Shown here one piece after another: positions 44,029-52,736 of a stretch of 64,000 nt of DNA. The stretch lies in the NCBI GenBank assembly GCA_900314585.1, contig OMVV01000004.1, positions 34,166 through 98,165 on the forward strand. The letters are read 5' to 3'. Position 1 is the first letter of the stretch. Each line of letters opens with the position of its first letter. The notes under the pieces were generated by a model. It was given only the letters and a program-made list of their open reading frames with translations. It searched no databases and was not told the DNA's origin. Made by a program: the position numbers and the translations under genes. This DNA comes from an uncultured Erysipelotrichaceae bacterium (lineage in GTDB: Bacteria; Bacillota_I; Bacilli_A; RFN20; CAG-826).

Positions 44029-45300
44029 CTATTCTAGATATTCAAATTCGAAGTCACAGAGGAAGACAGAATCGCCATCAACTGCACCTTTTTCTTTAAG
44101 AGCTTTTTCAACATCGATTTTTCTTAGATAGTTGATAAGTCTCATTAAACCTTCATCGGTTGATATATTGATAAGAGAATAAGTTCTTTCAATTGATTCA
44201 CCAACCAAGCGGAAGACATGATCTTTTTCATGAATAACTTCAAAGATTGGCTTATTGTCTTCATAAGCATTATACACCTTAACTTTGTTATCATCCTTAA
44301 TTTCTCCAATTGGGAAGGATGGAGTAACCGCTAATAATTCGTGGCAATTCTCGATTAATTCATCAATTCCTTGGTGAGTTAAGCTGCATAATTTAATAAC
44401 TTTATTTTTAAAATGTTTCTTGAATTCTTTGAATTTTGGCTCTAACGATTCATCATCCATCTTAGATGCAACAACGATAACTGGGCGTTTATCTATTCCC
44501 ATTCCATATGACTTAAGCTCGTTTTGAACAATCTTAAAGTTTGCGTATGGATCTTCTTCTTGCATCGAGACAACATGAACGATGACACGGCATCTTTCAA
44601 GATGTCTTAAGAATGTTAATCCCAAGCCTTTTCCTTTATGAGCACCTTCGATAAGGCCCGGAAGATCGGCCATAACAAAGGTTTCATATTTAGAAACATT
44701 CACAACTCCTAAATTAGGTTCAATTGTTGTAAATGGATAATCAGCAATTTCTGGATTTGCGTTGCTAACAACACTCAAAAGTGTTGACTTACCAGCATTT
44801 GGAAGTCCAACTAAGCCGACATCCGCTAAAAGCTTGAGTTCAAGGATGAGACGTTTAGTTTCACCTGGTAAACCATTCTCAGCGATACGTGGGACACGGT
44901 TCTTATCTGACTTAAAAGCAGCATTGCCTCGTCCACCACGTCCACCTTTAGCAACAACAACGGTTTCACCATCAGTAGATAAGTCGGCAATGAGATGATG
45001 ATCTTTTTCTTCAAAGACCATTGTACCTAAAGGTACATCGACGATAACATCGGTAGCGCCTCGACCATATTTGTTCTTGGTTCCACCTTTTTCACCATCT
45101 TGACCGATGAAAACTTTGGAATGTCTAAAGTTAAATAAAGTATTAATTGATTTATTGGCACGGAAAATTATCGAGGCACCACGTCCTCCATTTCCACCAC
45201 TAGGTCCACCTTTGGCAACATATTTTTCGTGAAGGAAGGCAATCATGCCATCTCCACCTTTGCCAGAGCGGACTTCAACCACAACTTTATCGATAAACAT
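44029..45300 (-). CDS. obg: GTPase Obg
   Basis: MFIDKV.VEVRSGKGGDG, Gly-rich Obg fold, G-domain (GLPNAGKST, DLPG, NKMD-like SKMD), C-terminal TGS-like domain. I prefer the ATG at 45300 over the track start. Confidence 0.9.
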   Translation of the reverse strand: MFIDKVVVEVRSGKGGDGMIAFLHEKYVAKGGPSGGNGGRGASIIFRANKSINTLFNFRHSKVFIGQDGEKGGTKNKYGRGATDVIVDVPLGTMVFEEKDHHLIADLSTDGETVVVAKGGRGGRGNAAFKSDKNRVPRIAENGLPGETKRLILELKLLADVGLVGLPNAGKSTLLSVVSNANPEIADYPFTTIEPNLGVVNVSKYETFVMADLPGLIEGAHKGKGLGLTFLRHLERCRVIVHVVSMQEEDPYANFKIVQNELKSYGMGIDKRPVIVVASKMDDESLEPKFKEFKKHFKNKVIKLCSLTHQGIDELIENCHELLAVTPSFPIGEIKDDNKVKVYNAYEDNKPIFEVIHEKDHVFRLVGESIERTYSLINISTDEGLMRLINYLRKIDVEKALKEKGAVDGDSVFLCDFEFEYLE

Positions 45301-45370
45301 ATATACATTATATACGCGAAGATAATAAAAAGACCACAATAACCTGTGGTCTAATCATTAATCTATCTAA

Positions 45371-45652
45371 TTACTTTGCGTAGACAGAAACGCGAGTTTT
45401 ACTTTTTCCAAGTCTTTCAAATTTAACAACACCATCGATGGTTGAGAAGATGGTATCATCTCCTCCACGACGAGTATTAACTCCTGGAAAAACTTTTGTA
45501 CCTCTTTGGCGGTAAATGATGCTGCCCGCTGTGCAATATTGGCCATCGGCAAGTTTCGCACCAAGACGTTTGGATTCGCTGTCGCGACCGTTCTTGGTAG
45601 AACCAACACCCTTTTTAGAAGCAAAGAGTTGTAGATCTAATTTAAATAACAT
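45371..45652 (-). CDS. rpmA: 50S ribosomal protein L27 (with N-terminal propeptide)
   Basis: [10 protein letters not shown]|[15 protein letters not shown]. This is the Bacillota-type cleavable extension, consistent with the adjacent Prp protease. Confidence 0.95.
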   Translation of the reverse strand: MLFKLDLQLFASKKGVGSTKNGRDSESKRLGAKLADGQYCTAGSIIYRQRGTKVFPGVNTRRGGDDTIFSTIDGVVKFERLGKSKTRVSVYAK

Positions 45653-45654
45653 AA

Positions 45655-45975
45655 CTAATTTCCTTTCTCGATTACCTTAACGTACTTTGAGTAGGATTCT
45701 GCGACACTTTTTAATTGTGTGAGCATCGTTTCAAGCACTTTGTAATCGTCTTCATTAGCCACGCCTTTTGATGAGACTTCAACAAATCCGTTTTCAACTT
45801 TAAGATTGAACTTGTCTGGTGAAGTTAAGGCATTAATGCCTCCAACTGAGATAGCACTCACCGCCGCACAGACGATGTCTTTTCCTTTCTCGGCTGAATT
45901 AGCGTGACCTTCGACAGATAAATAAACAATTTTTCCGTCTTTTCGATTTGCTTTAATATTAATCATATTAAGCAA
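45655..45975 (-). CDS. prp: Ribosomal-processing cysteine protease Prp
   Basis: ~106 aa, GHA...VCAAVS catalytic His/Cys pattern. Located between rplU and rpmA. Confidence 0.85.
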   Translation of the reverse strand: MLNMINIKANRKDGKIVYLSVEGHANSAEKGKDIVCAAVSAISVGGINALTSPDKFNLKVENGFVEVSSKGVANEDDYKVLETMLTQLKSVAESYSKYVKVIEKGN

Positions 45976-46276
45976 TTGATTCGATAACTAAGCAAGTATA
46001 TGGTTGTCTATGACCAATTGTTCTACGTGCAGAGTTATGTTTAGCTTTGTATTTGTAGATGCGAATCTTTTTGCTAAGACCGTTTTTGACGACTTTGGCA
46101 GTTACTTTAGCACCTTCAACATATGGTGTACCAACTTTGACTGATTTGTCTGCAACAAGGAGAACCTTATCGAAGACGTATTTTGAATCAGCTTTGACGT
46201 CTAATTTTTCAACAAAAATTTGTTGTCCAACTTCGACACGAACTTGTTTTCCACCAGTTTCAATAATAGCGTACAT
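45968..46276 (-). CDS. rplU: 50S ribosomal protein L21
   Basis: [13 protein letters not shown] pattern, 102 aa. Confidence 0.95.
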   Translation of the reverse strand: MYAIIETGGKQVRVEVGQQIFVEKLDVKADSKYVFDKVLLVADKSVKVGTPYVEGAKVTAKVVKNGLSKKIRIYKYKAKHNSARRTIGHRQPYTCLVIESIA

Positions 46277-46385
46277 GTAAATACCTCTACTTTCTCACTC
46301 AAGACTCGCTATTAAGGTCTATTGCTTCGCAATAAGTTAGGAACCTTTTCTAGGCGGTTGTAGCTTGTGAGGCAACAACGCTAAT
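46277..46385 (-). promoter_or_regulatory. Structured 5' leader of rplU-prp-rpmA (candidate L21 ribosomal-protein leader)
   Basis: ~105-nt untranslated leader between a good promoter and rplU. Contains hairpins GCGTTGT..ACAACCGC and ATTGC-gaa-GCAAT. L21 leaders are known at this position in Bacillota. I have not compared it to a covariance model. Confidence 0.4.
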
Positions 46386-46387
46386 AA

Positions 46388-46416
46388 TATTAATATTATG
46401 TTTGCTGCTTGTAAAG
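46388..46416 (-). promoter_or_regulatory. Sigma-70-type promoter of the rplU operon
   Basis: On the minus strand TTTACA-17 nt-TAATAT. Confidence 0.55.
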
Positions 46417-46423
46417 AGAATTC

Positions 46424-47119
46424 TTAGATTTTTTCCTTAGCGTCCTCCTTTGACTTGATATTTTGTTTTATAGAAAAATATCCTCCTGGGTAAATGATAA
46501 TGTGATCAAGCATTTTGATATTGAGAGTTTTTGTTAGCTCTTCAAGCATATCAGTAACATAGATGTCATCATCGCTTGGAAATGGTGTTCCATCTGGATG
46601 ATTATGTATTAATACATAGTAGTAACATTTTGACAAGATGAGTTCCATGTATATTTCTTTCGCGCTGATCGAAACATTATCATTCGTACCCTTATACAAA
46701 ATCTTCTCTTTAATGATGACTTTTTTCTTATTTAGCATGATGATTGCTAAGACTTCTTGGAATGAATTTTCAAGATAGCGATATCGCGAATAAATATCCT
46801 GCGAATTATTGATTGAATATTGATATTGATAAAAGGGAGAATTTAGACGATTATGAAATTCAAATGTTGCGAGCAGTTTTAGTGACATTATCTTTGATAA
46901 ACCAAAAGTATTTTCTAATGAAAATAGATTTGTGTTTGCTAGCGAAGGCAATGTCAAATAAGTGCCTAATAGATTTCGACTAATATCGATCGCTGAAGCA
47001 CCTTTAACTCCTGAGCCAATTATGACCGCTAAAAGTTCTTCATCGGAGAGTGATTCAATACCATGAAGTAATGCTTTTTCACGTGGTCTAATTTCAAGTG
47101 GTAATTCTTTGATTTTCAT
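46424..47119 (-). CDS. radC: RadC-family JAB/MPN-domain protein
   Basis: N-terminal HhH-like region (RPREKAL..G...LSDEELLAVIIGSG) and JAMM motif HNHPDGTPFPSDDD. The ATG at 47119 overlaps the upstream ORF's TGA (ATGA). Confidence 0.85.
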   Translation of the reverse strand: MKIKELPLEIRPREKALLHGIESLSDEELLAVIIGSGVKGASAIDISRNLLGTYLTLPSLANTNLFSLENTFGLSKIMSLKLLATFEFHNRLNSPFYQYQYSINNSQDIYSRYRYLENSFQEVLAIIMLNKKKVIIKEKILYKGTNDNVSISAKEIYMELILSKCYYYVLIHNHPDGTPFPSDDDIYVTDMLEELTKTLNIKMLDHIIIYPGGYFSIKQNIKSKEDAKEKI

Positions 47120-47292
47120 TTCCAGGAAAACTTCCATCCACCAGGAATGGCTGAACTTCCTTCTTTGGACATGAACATTCGGTAAACAACCACGGCAACA
47201 ATTGCGATTGCGCAGATTGCCATCACCGCTGCAAGAGTTACTTCACCGGTAACAATTTCCTTACATTCTTTTTCAGTTAGAGTTCGTTTCAT
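47116..47292 (-). CDS. Small single-pass membrane protein (58 aa), translationally coupled to radC
   Basis: MKRTLTEKECKEIVTGEVTLAAVMAICAIAIVAVVVYRMFMSKEGSSAIPGGWKFSWK. A GGAGGT RBS lies 7 nt before the ATG at 47292. One strong TM helix. ATGA overlap with radC. Confidence 0.6.
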   Translation of the reverse strand: MKRTLTEKECKEIVTGEVTLAAVMAICAIAIVAVVVYRMFMSKEGSSAIPGGWKFSWK

Positions 47293-47354
47293 TTTATTTA
47301 CCTCCATTGGTGGGCCTTTACCAATAGATACTCAACTTTTTTGAAAAATGTTCG

Positions 47355-47389
47355 AAAAAAAGAAAAAACCACCGAATACTTCGATGGTT
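47355..47389 (-). terminator. Intrinsic terminator after greA
   Basis: On the minus strand AACCAUCGAA-gua-UUCGGUGGUU followed by a long T-run. Confidence 0.7.
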
Positions 47390-47409
47390 ATCTTCGATAA
47401 AATTTTTAC

Positions 47410-47883
47410 TTATTTGTTATCGATCTTTAAGATGACAACTTTGTATTCTTGAGCGACACGAACGACGCATTCATCGCCAACACGCTTACCAACAAGGGCA
47501 TGGCCAAGTGGAGAAACGTTGGAAATTAAGCCTTTAACTGGGTTAGCTTCGACTGTACCAACAATGGTGTATGTTGCGACGCTATTATCGCTTAAATCTC
47601 TGATTTCAACGGTGCTTCCGAGCGAAACGACTTTACCGCTCTTAGAAGATGAATCAATAATCTTGGCTTCGGCTATGATATCTTCGATTTCTTTGATGCG
47701 GGCTTCGATTTCAGCTTGACGGTTTCTAGCAGCATCATAATCAGCGTTTTCGCTTAAGTCGCCTTGAGCACGAGCAACTGTAAGTTGTTCGATAACTTCT
47801 GGACGATCAATGTCGATTAAATGACGATATTCTTTTTGTAACTTATCTAAACCTTCTTGAGTTAATTCAATTTTATTTGGCAT
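47410..47883 (-). CDS. greA: Transcription elongation factor GreA
   Basis: Coiled-coil N-terminus (LT.EG...L..E...L....RPE....I..A...GDLSENA.Y.AA) plus a FKBP-like C-terminus. The ATG at 47883 has an AAGGAG RBS. Confidence 0.9.
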   Translation of the reverse strand: MPNKIELTQEGLDKLQKEYRHLIDIDRPEVIEQLTVARAQGDLSENADYDAARNRQAEIEARIKEIEDIIAEAKIIDSSSKSGKVVSLGSTVEIRDLSDNSVATYTIVGTVEANPVKGLISNVSPLGHALVGKRVGDECVVRVAQEYKVVILKIDNK

Positions 47884-47950
47884 AGGTGTACTCCTTGTAA
47901 ACAGCAATAATGATTTTATAACTTAATTCTTTTAATTAAAACAAGAATTT

Positions 47951-48217
47951 TCAATTATTTTTGATCGATTGGATTTTTTCATCATCATAGAAGGCATTAA
48001 GAACTTCTTCGGCTTCCTTAAATTCTTCATCATCTTCGATCTCAGCTAATGAATTATCTTTTTCATTATATGAAAAGACGAGAACGTTTTCTTCATCTTT
48101 TTCATCATATAAAAAGACATAGGATTTGTGACGTTGTTCATTTTCATAAGTGAAAAGAATTTTCATCACTTTATCACCATCTGGGGTTGACACTAACATT
48201 TCATCATCTAGTAACAT
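47951..48217 (-). CDS. DUF1292/UPF0473 (YrzB-like) protein
   Basis: 88 aa, acidic, with the typical pattern (DGDK..K.LF.Y......YVFLYDE.DEE). alaS-ruvX-yrzB synteny. Confidence 0.7.
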   Translation of the reverse strand: MLLDDEMLVSTPDGDKVMKILFTYENEQRHKSYVFLYDEKDEENVLVFSYNEKDNSLAEIEDDEEFKEAEEVLNAFYDDEKIQSIKNN

Positions 48218-48642
48218 TATTTGACTCCTTTTTTAGTTAAATAACGATTCAAAATGACAAGAGCTGCCATTTCATCGATAATTTCCTTTCGTTTATAATA
48301 TGATAGATTTTGCTGCTTGAGCAATTCGTCCGCTTCAATTGTAGAATATGATTCATCTATCATCTCAATTTTAAGATTTGGATTTAGTTTAAGTAGATCA
48401 TCTTTAAAGCGAAGGCAAGAAGCTGCTCGAGGAGATATGTCTCCACTAGCGTAATATGGAATGCCTAACGCGATTTCTTCAATGTCATATTTTTGACAAA
48501 GTTCAATCACGTGTTCTCTAGCTTTCTTATAGTTGAATTCTTCAAATCTAAAAGTTTCATAACCATGAGCAATTGAAAGCTCGTCGGTCATCGCTATTCC
48601 GATTGTTTTTGTTCCTAAATCTAATCCCAAAACCTTTTTCAT
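48217..48642 (-). CDS. ruvX: Putative pre-16S rRNA nuclease / Holliday junction resolvase-like YqgF
   Basis: LGLDLGTKTIGIA..D RNase H-like N-terminus. ~140 aa. Follows alaS. Confidence 0.85.
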   Translation of the reverse strand: MKKVLGLDLGTKTIGIAMTDELSIAHGYETFRFEEFNYKKAREHVIELCQKYDIEEIALGIPYYASGDISPRAASCLRFKDDLLKLNPNLKIEMIDESYSTIEADELLKQQNLSYYKRKEIIDEMAALVILNRYLTKKGVK

Positions 48643-51245
48643 TTTAATAATTCTTCGAATTTATTAAATGCCTCGTTTAAATTCGCTAATAGACGGCCTT
48701 TACCGTTTGCCATATTTGGACGGCCACCACCGCCTCCACCTAATACTTTCGCGACTTCTTTAACCAAATCTCCAGCCTTGTTATTTTCGAGGACTTTTCC
48801 ACCGATAAAGATAGCGATTGGTAGTTCACCATCACGACCACCAACAAGCATCAAAGCATAATCTGGGTGTTTAGTCTTTAAATCATCACCGATGGAGTTG
48901 ATGTTATCCATCGAAGCATTTTCAAAATGTTTTGTTAACACCTTATATCCTTTTAAGTCGACAAACTCATTCATTGCGTTTTGAGCATTAGAATGTGAGA
49001 TCTTGTCCATTAAGGATGTAAGTTTCTTATCAAATTCATCAATCTTATTTAATAAAGTAGACGCGCGTTCTTTAGCTTCATTAACTGATTTAGCACCAAT
49101 TTGATTGCAAATCGCCATCAAAACGTCTTCTCTTTCTTTTAATAATTTATAACCGCCAAGAGATGAACGACCTTGAATACGGCGGACACCAGAGGCAATT
49201 GAAGATTCGCTTTCAATTACAAAAACGCCGATATCTGCAGTGTTTTTAACATGGCAACCACCGCAGAACTCGATTGATTCTTTTCCAAAGGCAACAACCC
49301 TAACTTCATCACCGTATTTCTCAGAAAAGAAAGCTTTTGCGCCTAATTTATTCGCATCTTCGATATTCATAACGCGAATATCTGAAGGAATTGCAAGGGA
49401 AATTAAACGATTTACTTCGCTTTCAATCGCTTTTAATTGTTCGTCAGTAATCTTTTCGTAATGAGTGAAGTCAAAACGCATATATTCTGAGCAAACAAAT
49501 GAACCCATCTGTTTAATGTGATCGCCAAGAACCTTTTCTAAAGCTGCTTGTAATAAGTGTGTTGCGGAGTGATTGCGTTTAACAAGCTGACGTTCATTAA
49601 CATCGAGTTTTAAATCGAAAACATCGCCAACTTTAATGGAACCTTTTGTGACTTCCACATAGTGGAGGTTTTGTTTATTTGGTGCTTTTTGAACATTGTA
49701 AACTTTTGCGGACGCATCTTTATTTTCGATATATCCATGATCTGCAACTTCACCACCACTTTCGGCATAGAAATTGGTTTGATCAAAGATAACTTCGCCT
49801 GAATCTTTAATTTCATCGACTTTGACACCGTCTTTGAATAAACCGATAACTTTGCCTTTAAGCGGATCTTCTTCATAGAAGAACTTGGATGGGGTGATGA
49901 ATTCAAGCAAGTCTTTTGATTGCTTATGCATGCTCTGTTCATCGCTACGAGCGTTTCTGGCTCTTTCTTTTTGTTTTTCCATCTCTTTAGCGAAAGCTTC
50001 TTCATCAACTTTAACGCCATTTTCAAGGCAGATTTCCTTGGTTAAATCGATTGGAAAACCAAATGTATCATAAAGTTTGAAAGCATCTTTTCCTGATAAT
50101 TCTTTCTTACCAGCGATTAAATCACGTAAAAGTGTTTCGCCAGTTGAAAGGGTTTCAAGGAATTTTTCTTCCTCTGCTTTAATCATCTTTTCAATATGAG
50201 CTTGTTTTGAAGCGTATTCTGGATAGAAGTCGTTATAGATTGAAATAACAACTTTTACCAATGAATACATGAATGATTTATTGATACCGATTTGCTTTGC
50301 AAATCTCATCGCTCTTCTAACAAGTCTTCTTAAAACATAGCCACGACCTTCGTTAGAGAATATTTCTCCATCGCCTAAGGCAAAAGTAACAGCACGAATA
50401 TGATCAGCGATGACACGATAGGCTGTTAAATATGGTTTTTGATATGGTTTATCCGCCATTTTCTCAACTTCTTTGATAATTGGCATAAATAAATCAGTTT
50501 CGAAGTTAGATTCGGTTTCTTGTAAGACTGAAGCAATTCGCTCTAAACCAGCACCGGTATCAATGTTTTTAGAAGGTAACTCTTTATATTCACTACGTGG
50601 AGTTCCTGGAACAGCGTTATATTGTGAAAAGACGATGCCCCAGATTTCGATGTAACGATCATTTTCAATTTCTTCTTGAAGAAGTTTGATTCCTAAATGT
50701 TTTTCATCATATTTTTCACCACGATCAAAGAAAACTTCAGTATTTGGTCCGGCTGGGCCTTCGCCAATTTCCCAATAGTTTCCTTCAAGTGGAATTAAAT
50801 GTGATTCTTCGACACCTTGATCGAGCCAAAGTTTGTGAGTTTCTTCATCGATTGGGTTATAGGTGAAATATAACTTTTCCTTTGGCATTGCGAAATATTT
50901 CTCACTCGTGAGAATTTCATACGCAAATGCGATAGCTTCTTTCTTAAAATAATCACCGATTGAGAAGTTACCAAGCATTTCAAAAAATGTATGATGACGA
51001 GCAGTATAACCAACATTATCAATATCGTTCGTACGAATTGATTTTTGAACGTTGGTGATTCGTCTTGATGGAGGTACTTCGCTTCCATCCATATATTTCT
51101 TTAAGGCCGCAACACCAGAGTTGATCCATAGAAGAGATGGATCTTTGTATGGGATTAAACTTGCACCTTTTTCGACATGGTGACCTTTGCTTTTGAAAAA
51201 GTTTAGCCACATTGTTCTAATTTGTTGTCCACTAAGATATTTCAT
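48639..51245 (-). CDS. alaS: Alanine--tRNA ligase
   Basis: Class II AlaRS catalytic core (F.SKGH....ASL.P..DP.LL..N.G), editing-domain HxxxH...CGG.H zinc motif, C-Ala domain with a GGGGGRP tail. Confidence 0.95.
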   Translation of the reverse strand: MKYLSGQQIRTMWLNFFKSKGHHVEKGASLIPYKDPSLLWINSGVAALKKYMDGSEVPPSRRITNVQKSIRTNDIDNVGYTARHHTFFEMLGNFSIGDYFKKEAIAFAYEILTSEKYFAMPKEKLYFTYNPIDEETHKLWLDQGVEESHLIPLEGNYWEIGEGPAGPNTEVFFDRGEKYDEKHLGIKLLQEEIENDRYIEIWGIVFSQYNAVPGTPRSEYKELPSKNIDTGAGLERIASVLQETESNFETDLFMPIIKEVEKMADKPYQKPYLTAYRVIADHIRAVTFALGDGEIFSNEGRGYVLRRLVRRAMRFAKQIGINKSFMYSLVKVVISIYNDFYPEYASKQAHIEKMIKAEEEKFLETLSTGETLLRDLIAGKKELSGKDAFKLYDTFGFPIDLTKEICLENGVKVDEEAFAKEMEKQKERARNARSDEQSMHKQSKDLLEFITPSKFFYEEDPLKGKVIGLFKDGVKVDEIKDSGEVIFDQTNFYAESGGEVADHGYIENKDASAKVYNVQKAPNKQNLHYVEVTKGSIKVGDVFDLKLDVNERQLVKRNHSATHLLQAALEKVLGDHIKQMGSFVCSEYMRFDFTHYEKITDEQLKAIESEVNRLISLAIPSDIRVMNIEDANKLGAKAFFSEKYGDEVRVVAFGKESIEFCGGCHVKNTADIGVFVIESESSIASGVRRIQGRSSLGGYKLLKEREDVLMAICNQIGAKSVNEAKERASTLLNKIDEFDKKLTSLMDKISHSNAQNAMNEFVDLKGYKVLTKHFENASMDNINSIGDDLKTKHPDYALMLVGGRDGELPIAIFIGGKVLENNKAGDLVKEVAKVLGGGGGGRPNMANGKGRLLANLNEAFNKFEELLK

Positions 51246-51261
51246 GAATTATCTCCTTAAA

Positions 51262-51415
51262 CAAAATAAAAAAGTATCTCTAAGGAACGATTTACTTCGC
51301 GGTACCATCCTTATTCAATACTTTGTATTGCACTTAATTAATTGATCTTTAACGCAGACCTACGATGACTCTCATCATCTCCAAAGGAGTGGCAAGTTCC
51401 TTTATTAGAGTACAT
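51262..51415 (-). promoter_or_regulatory. T-box riboswitch leader of alaS
   Basis: The minus strand carries AAUAAGGAUGGUACCGCG (plus-strand 51298-51310 = CGCGGTACCATCC), the conserved T-box sequence. It is embedded in a terminator helix (AAGTAT..AAGGA / TCCTT..ATACTT) followed by TTTTTTATTTT, just upstream of the alaS RBS. Confidence 0.7.
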
Positions 51416-51554
51416 AAACTATATATCAAAATTTATATTAAATAAATATTTTTAATAAGAAAATATTGCGTATATGAATAGAATTTTTAGGGATTTTTTA
51501 AAAAAATCTTTGTTTCTTAGGCTAATTGCTCTATGATTTAAGACAGAAAGAAAG

Positions 51555-51632
51555 ATGGCTATGAATAGAAATTATTTAAATATTTCTAACTCCAAAAGCT
51601 ATTTTTACTTTGGTTATTTTTATTTTAGGTAA
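51555..51632 (+). CDS. Candidate regulatory leader peptide, Tyr/Phe-rich (25 aa)
   Basis: MAMNRNYLNISNSKSYFYFGYFYFR*. Eight of the last ten codons are Tyr or Phe. Preceded by a purine-rich AGAAAGAAAG and a TTGTTT-16-TATGAT promoter-like sequence (51510-51537). Followed by alternative hairpins and a terminator. Confidence 0.4.
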   Translation: MAMNRNYLNISNSKSYFYFGYFYFR

Positions 51633-51694
51633 GTGTTTCCTATCTTAAAAATGACAGGTGGGAGACATAAGTCAAACACCTGGAAATAAGATAG

Positions 51695-51725
51695 CCCGGT
51701 GTTTGCTCCCGGGATTTATTTTTTG
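51695..51725 (+). terminator. Attenuator terminator upstream of ABC importer operon
   Basis: CCCGG (51695-51699) pairs with CCGGG (51709-51713), followed by ATTTATTTTTT, 17 nt before the operon's start codon (its GGAG RBS lies in this gap). Its 5' arm overlaps GGTGTTT (51698-51704), which can instead pair with AAACACC (51674-51680). Confidence 0.5.
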
Positions 51726-51741
51726 AAAAAGGAGAACAAAA

Positions 51742-52734
51742 ATGAAAAAACTAAATCTACTTGCTTTATCAGCAATGGCGATGTCTGTTGGTGCCTTATC
51801 AGGCTGTTCGAAAGCTGATTACACCATTGGTGTACTTCTTCCAGTTAGACATGAAGCTCTCCAACTTGCTGAAAAAGGATTCGTTGAAGCTTTGAAAGAA
51901 GCCGGCCTTGTTGAAGGCAAAGACTTCGCGATCAAAGAAAAGAATGCTGATGGTGATGAAGCTGCATTAAATTCCTTAGCTAAAGATCTTGTCTCTTCTT
52001 GTGACATGACTCTTGGTACAGGTACTGGTGCTTCTCAATCACTTCAATCAGCCGCAAAAGATGGCGGTTCAGTTAAACCAATCTTATTCACCGCTGTCAC
52101 TGATCCAGAGGGCGCAAAACTTGTCGACAATGTCGATCATAGATCAGCAAATATCACTGGTGCATCCGATGCTCAACCGGTTGCTGAACAGATCGCTTTG
52201 ATCAAGGATATCATTCCAGAAGTCGATAAGATTGGTGTTATCTATTCCCAAAACGAACAAAATAGCGTTGTTCAAAAAGACCAAGTTAAGGCTATTGGCC
52301 TTATGCTCGGTATCGAAGTCGTTGAAAAAGGTGTTAGCGAAGTCAGCGAAATTTCACCAGCTGCCGAAGCTTTAGCAGCTACTTCAGGACTTGATGCAAT
52401 CTACGTTCCAACCGATAACAAGATTGCCGCTAATATGAATGCTATTAACCAAGCTTGTAATTCAAATCACGTTTTAGCAATGTGTGGCGAATTCGGTGAA
52501 GTTGAAACTGGCGGACATATTTCCTTCTCATTCGACTATGAAATGTTAGGAAAAGAAACTGGTAAGCTTGCTTACGAAATCATTAAAAATGGTAAAACAG
52601 CTGCTGAACTTCCAGTTCAATTCATGACAAAAACTAACTGTGAAATTCGTTATTCCAGCAAAAACTTAGCAGCTTCTGGTATTGAATTACCTGAATCTGT
52701 CAAAAATCGTGCTAAAGATATTAGCCTTAAATAA
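51742..52734 (+). CDS. ABC transporter substrate-binding lipoprotein (COG2984 / ABC_sub_bind family, TrpX-like)
   Basis: Lipobox LSG-C, then IGVLLPVRHEALQLAEKGFVEALKEAG...FTAVTDPEGAKLV, typical of this family. GGAG RBS. Confidence 0.85.
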   Translation: MKKLNLLALSAMAMSVGALSGCSKADYTIGVLLPVRHEALQLAEKGFVEALKEAGLVEGKDFAIKEKNADGDEAALNSLAKDLVSSCDMTLGTGTGASQSLQSAAKDGGSVKPILFTAVTDPEGAKLVDNVDHRSANITGASDAQPVAEQIALIKDIIPEVDKIGVIYSQNEQNSVVQKDQVKAIGLMLGIEVVEKGVSEVSEISPAAEALAATSGLDAIYVPTDNKIAANMNAINQACNSNHVLAMCGEFGEVETGGHISFSFDYEMLGKETGKLAYEIIKNGKTAAELPVQFMTKTNCEIRYSSKNLAASGIELPESVKNRAKDISLK

Positions 52735-52736
52735 AA

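Noticed and set aside
45367-45624. 85-aa ORF overlapping rpmA in another frame
   Set aside because: The L27 frame is unambiguous ([15 protein letters not shown]...). The overlapping frame has no RBS and is not plausible.
49240-51210. Multiple ORFs of up to 138 aa inside alaS on both strands, and similar ORFs inside tkt, secDF, relA, pdp and dxs
   Set aside because: They are embedded in long, motif-rich housekeeping genes. These are typical stop-poor alternative frames in AT-rich coding DNA.
51489-51511. A/T palindrome GGGATTTTTTAAAAAAATC between the alaS leader and the ABC promoter
   Set aside because: The stem is almost purely A-T and would be unstable. It is more likely promoter or UP-element sequence than a terminator or operator.
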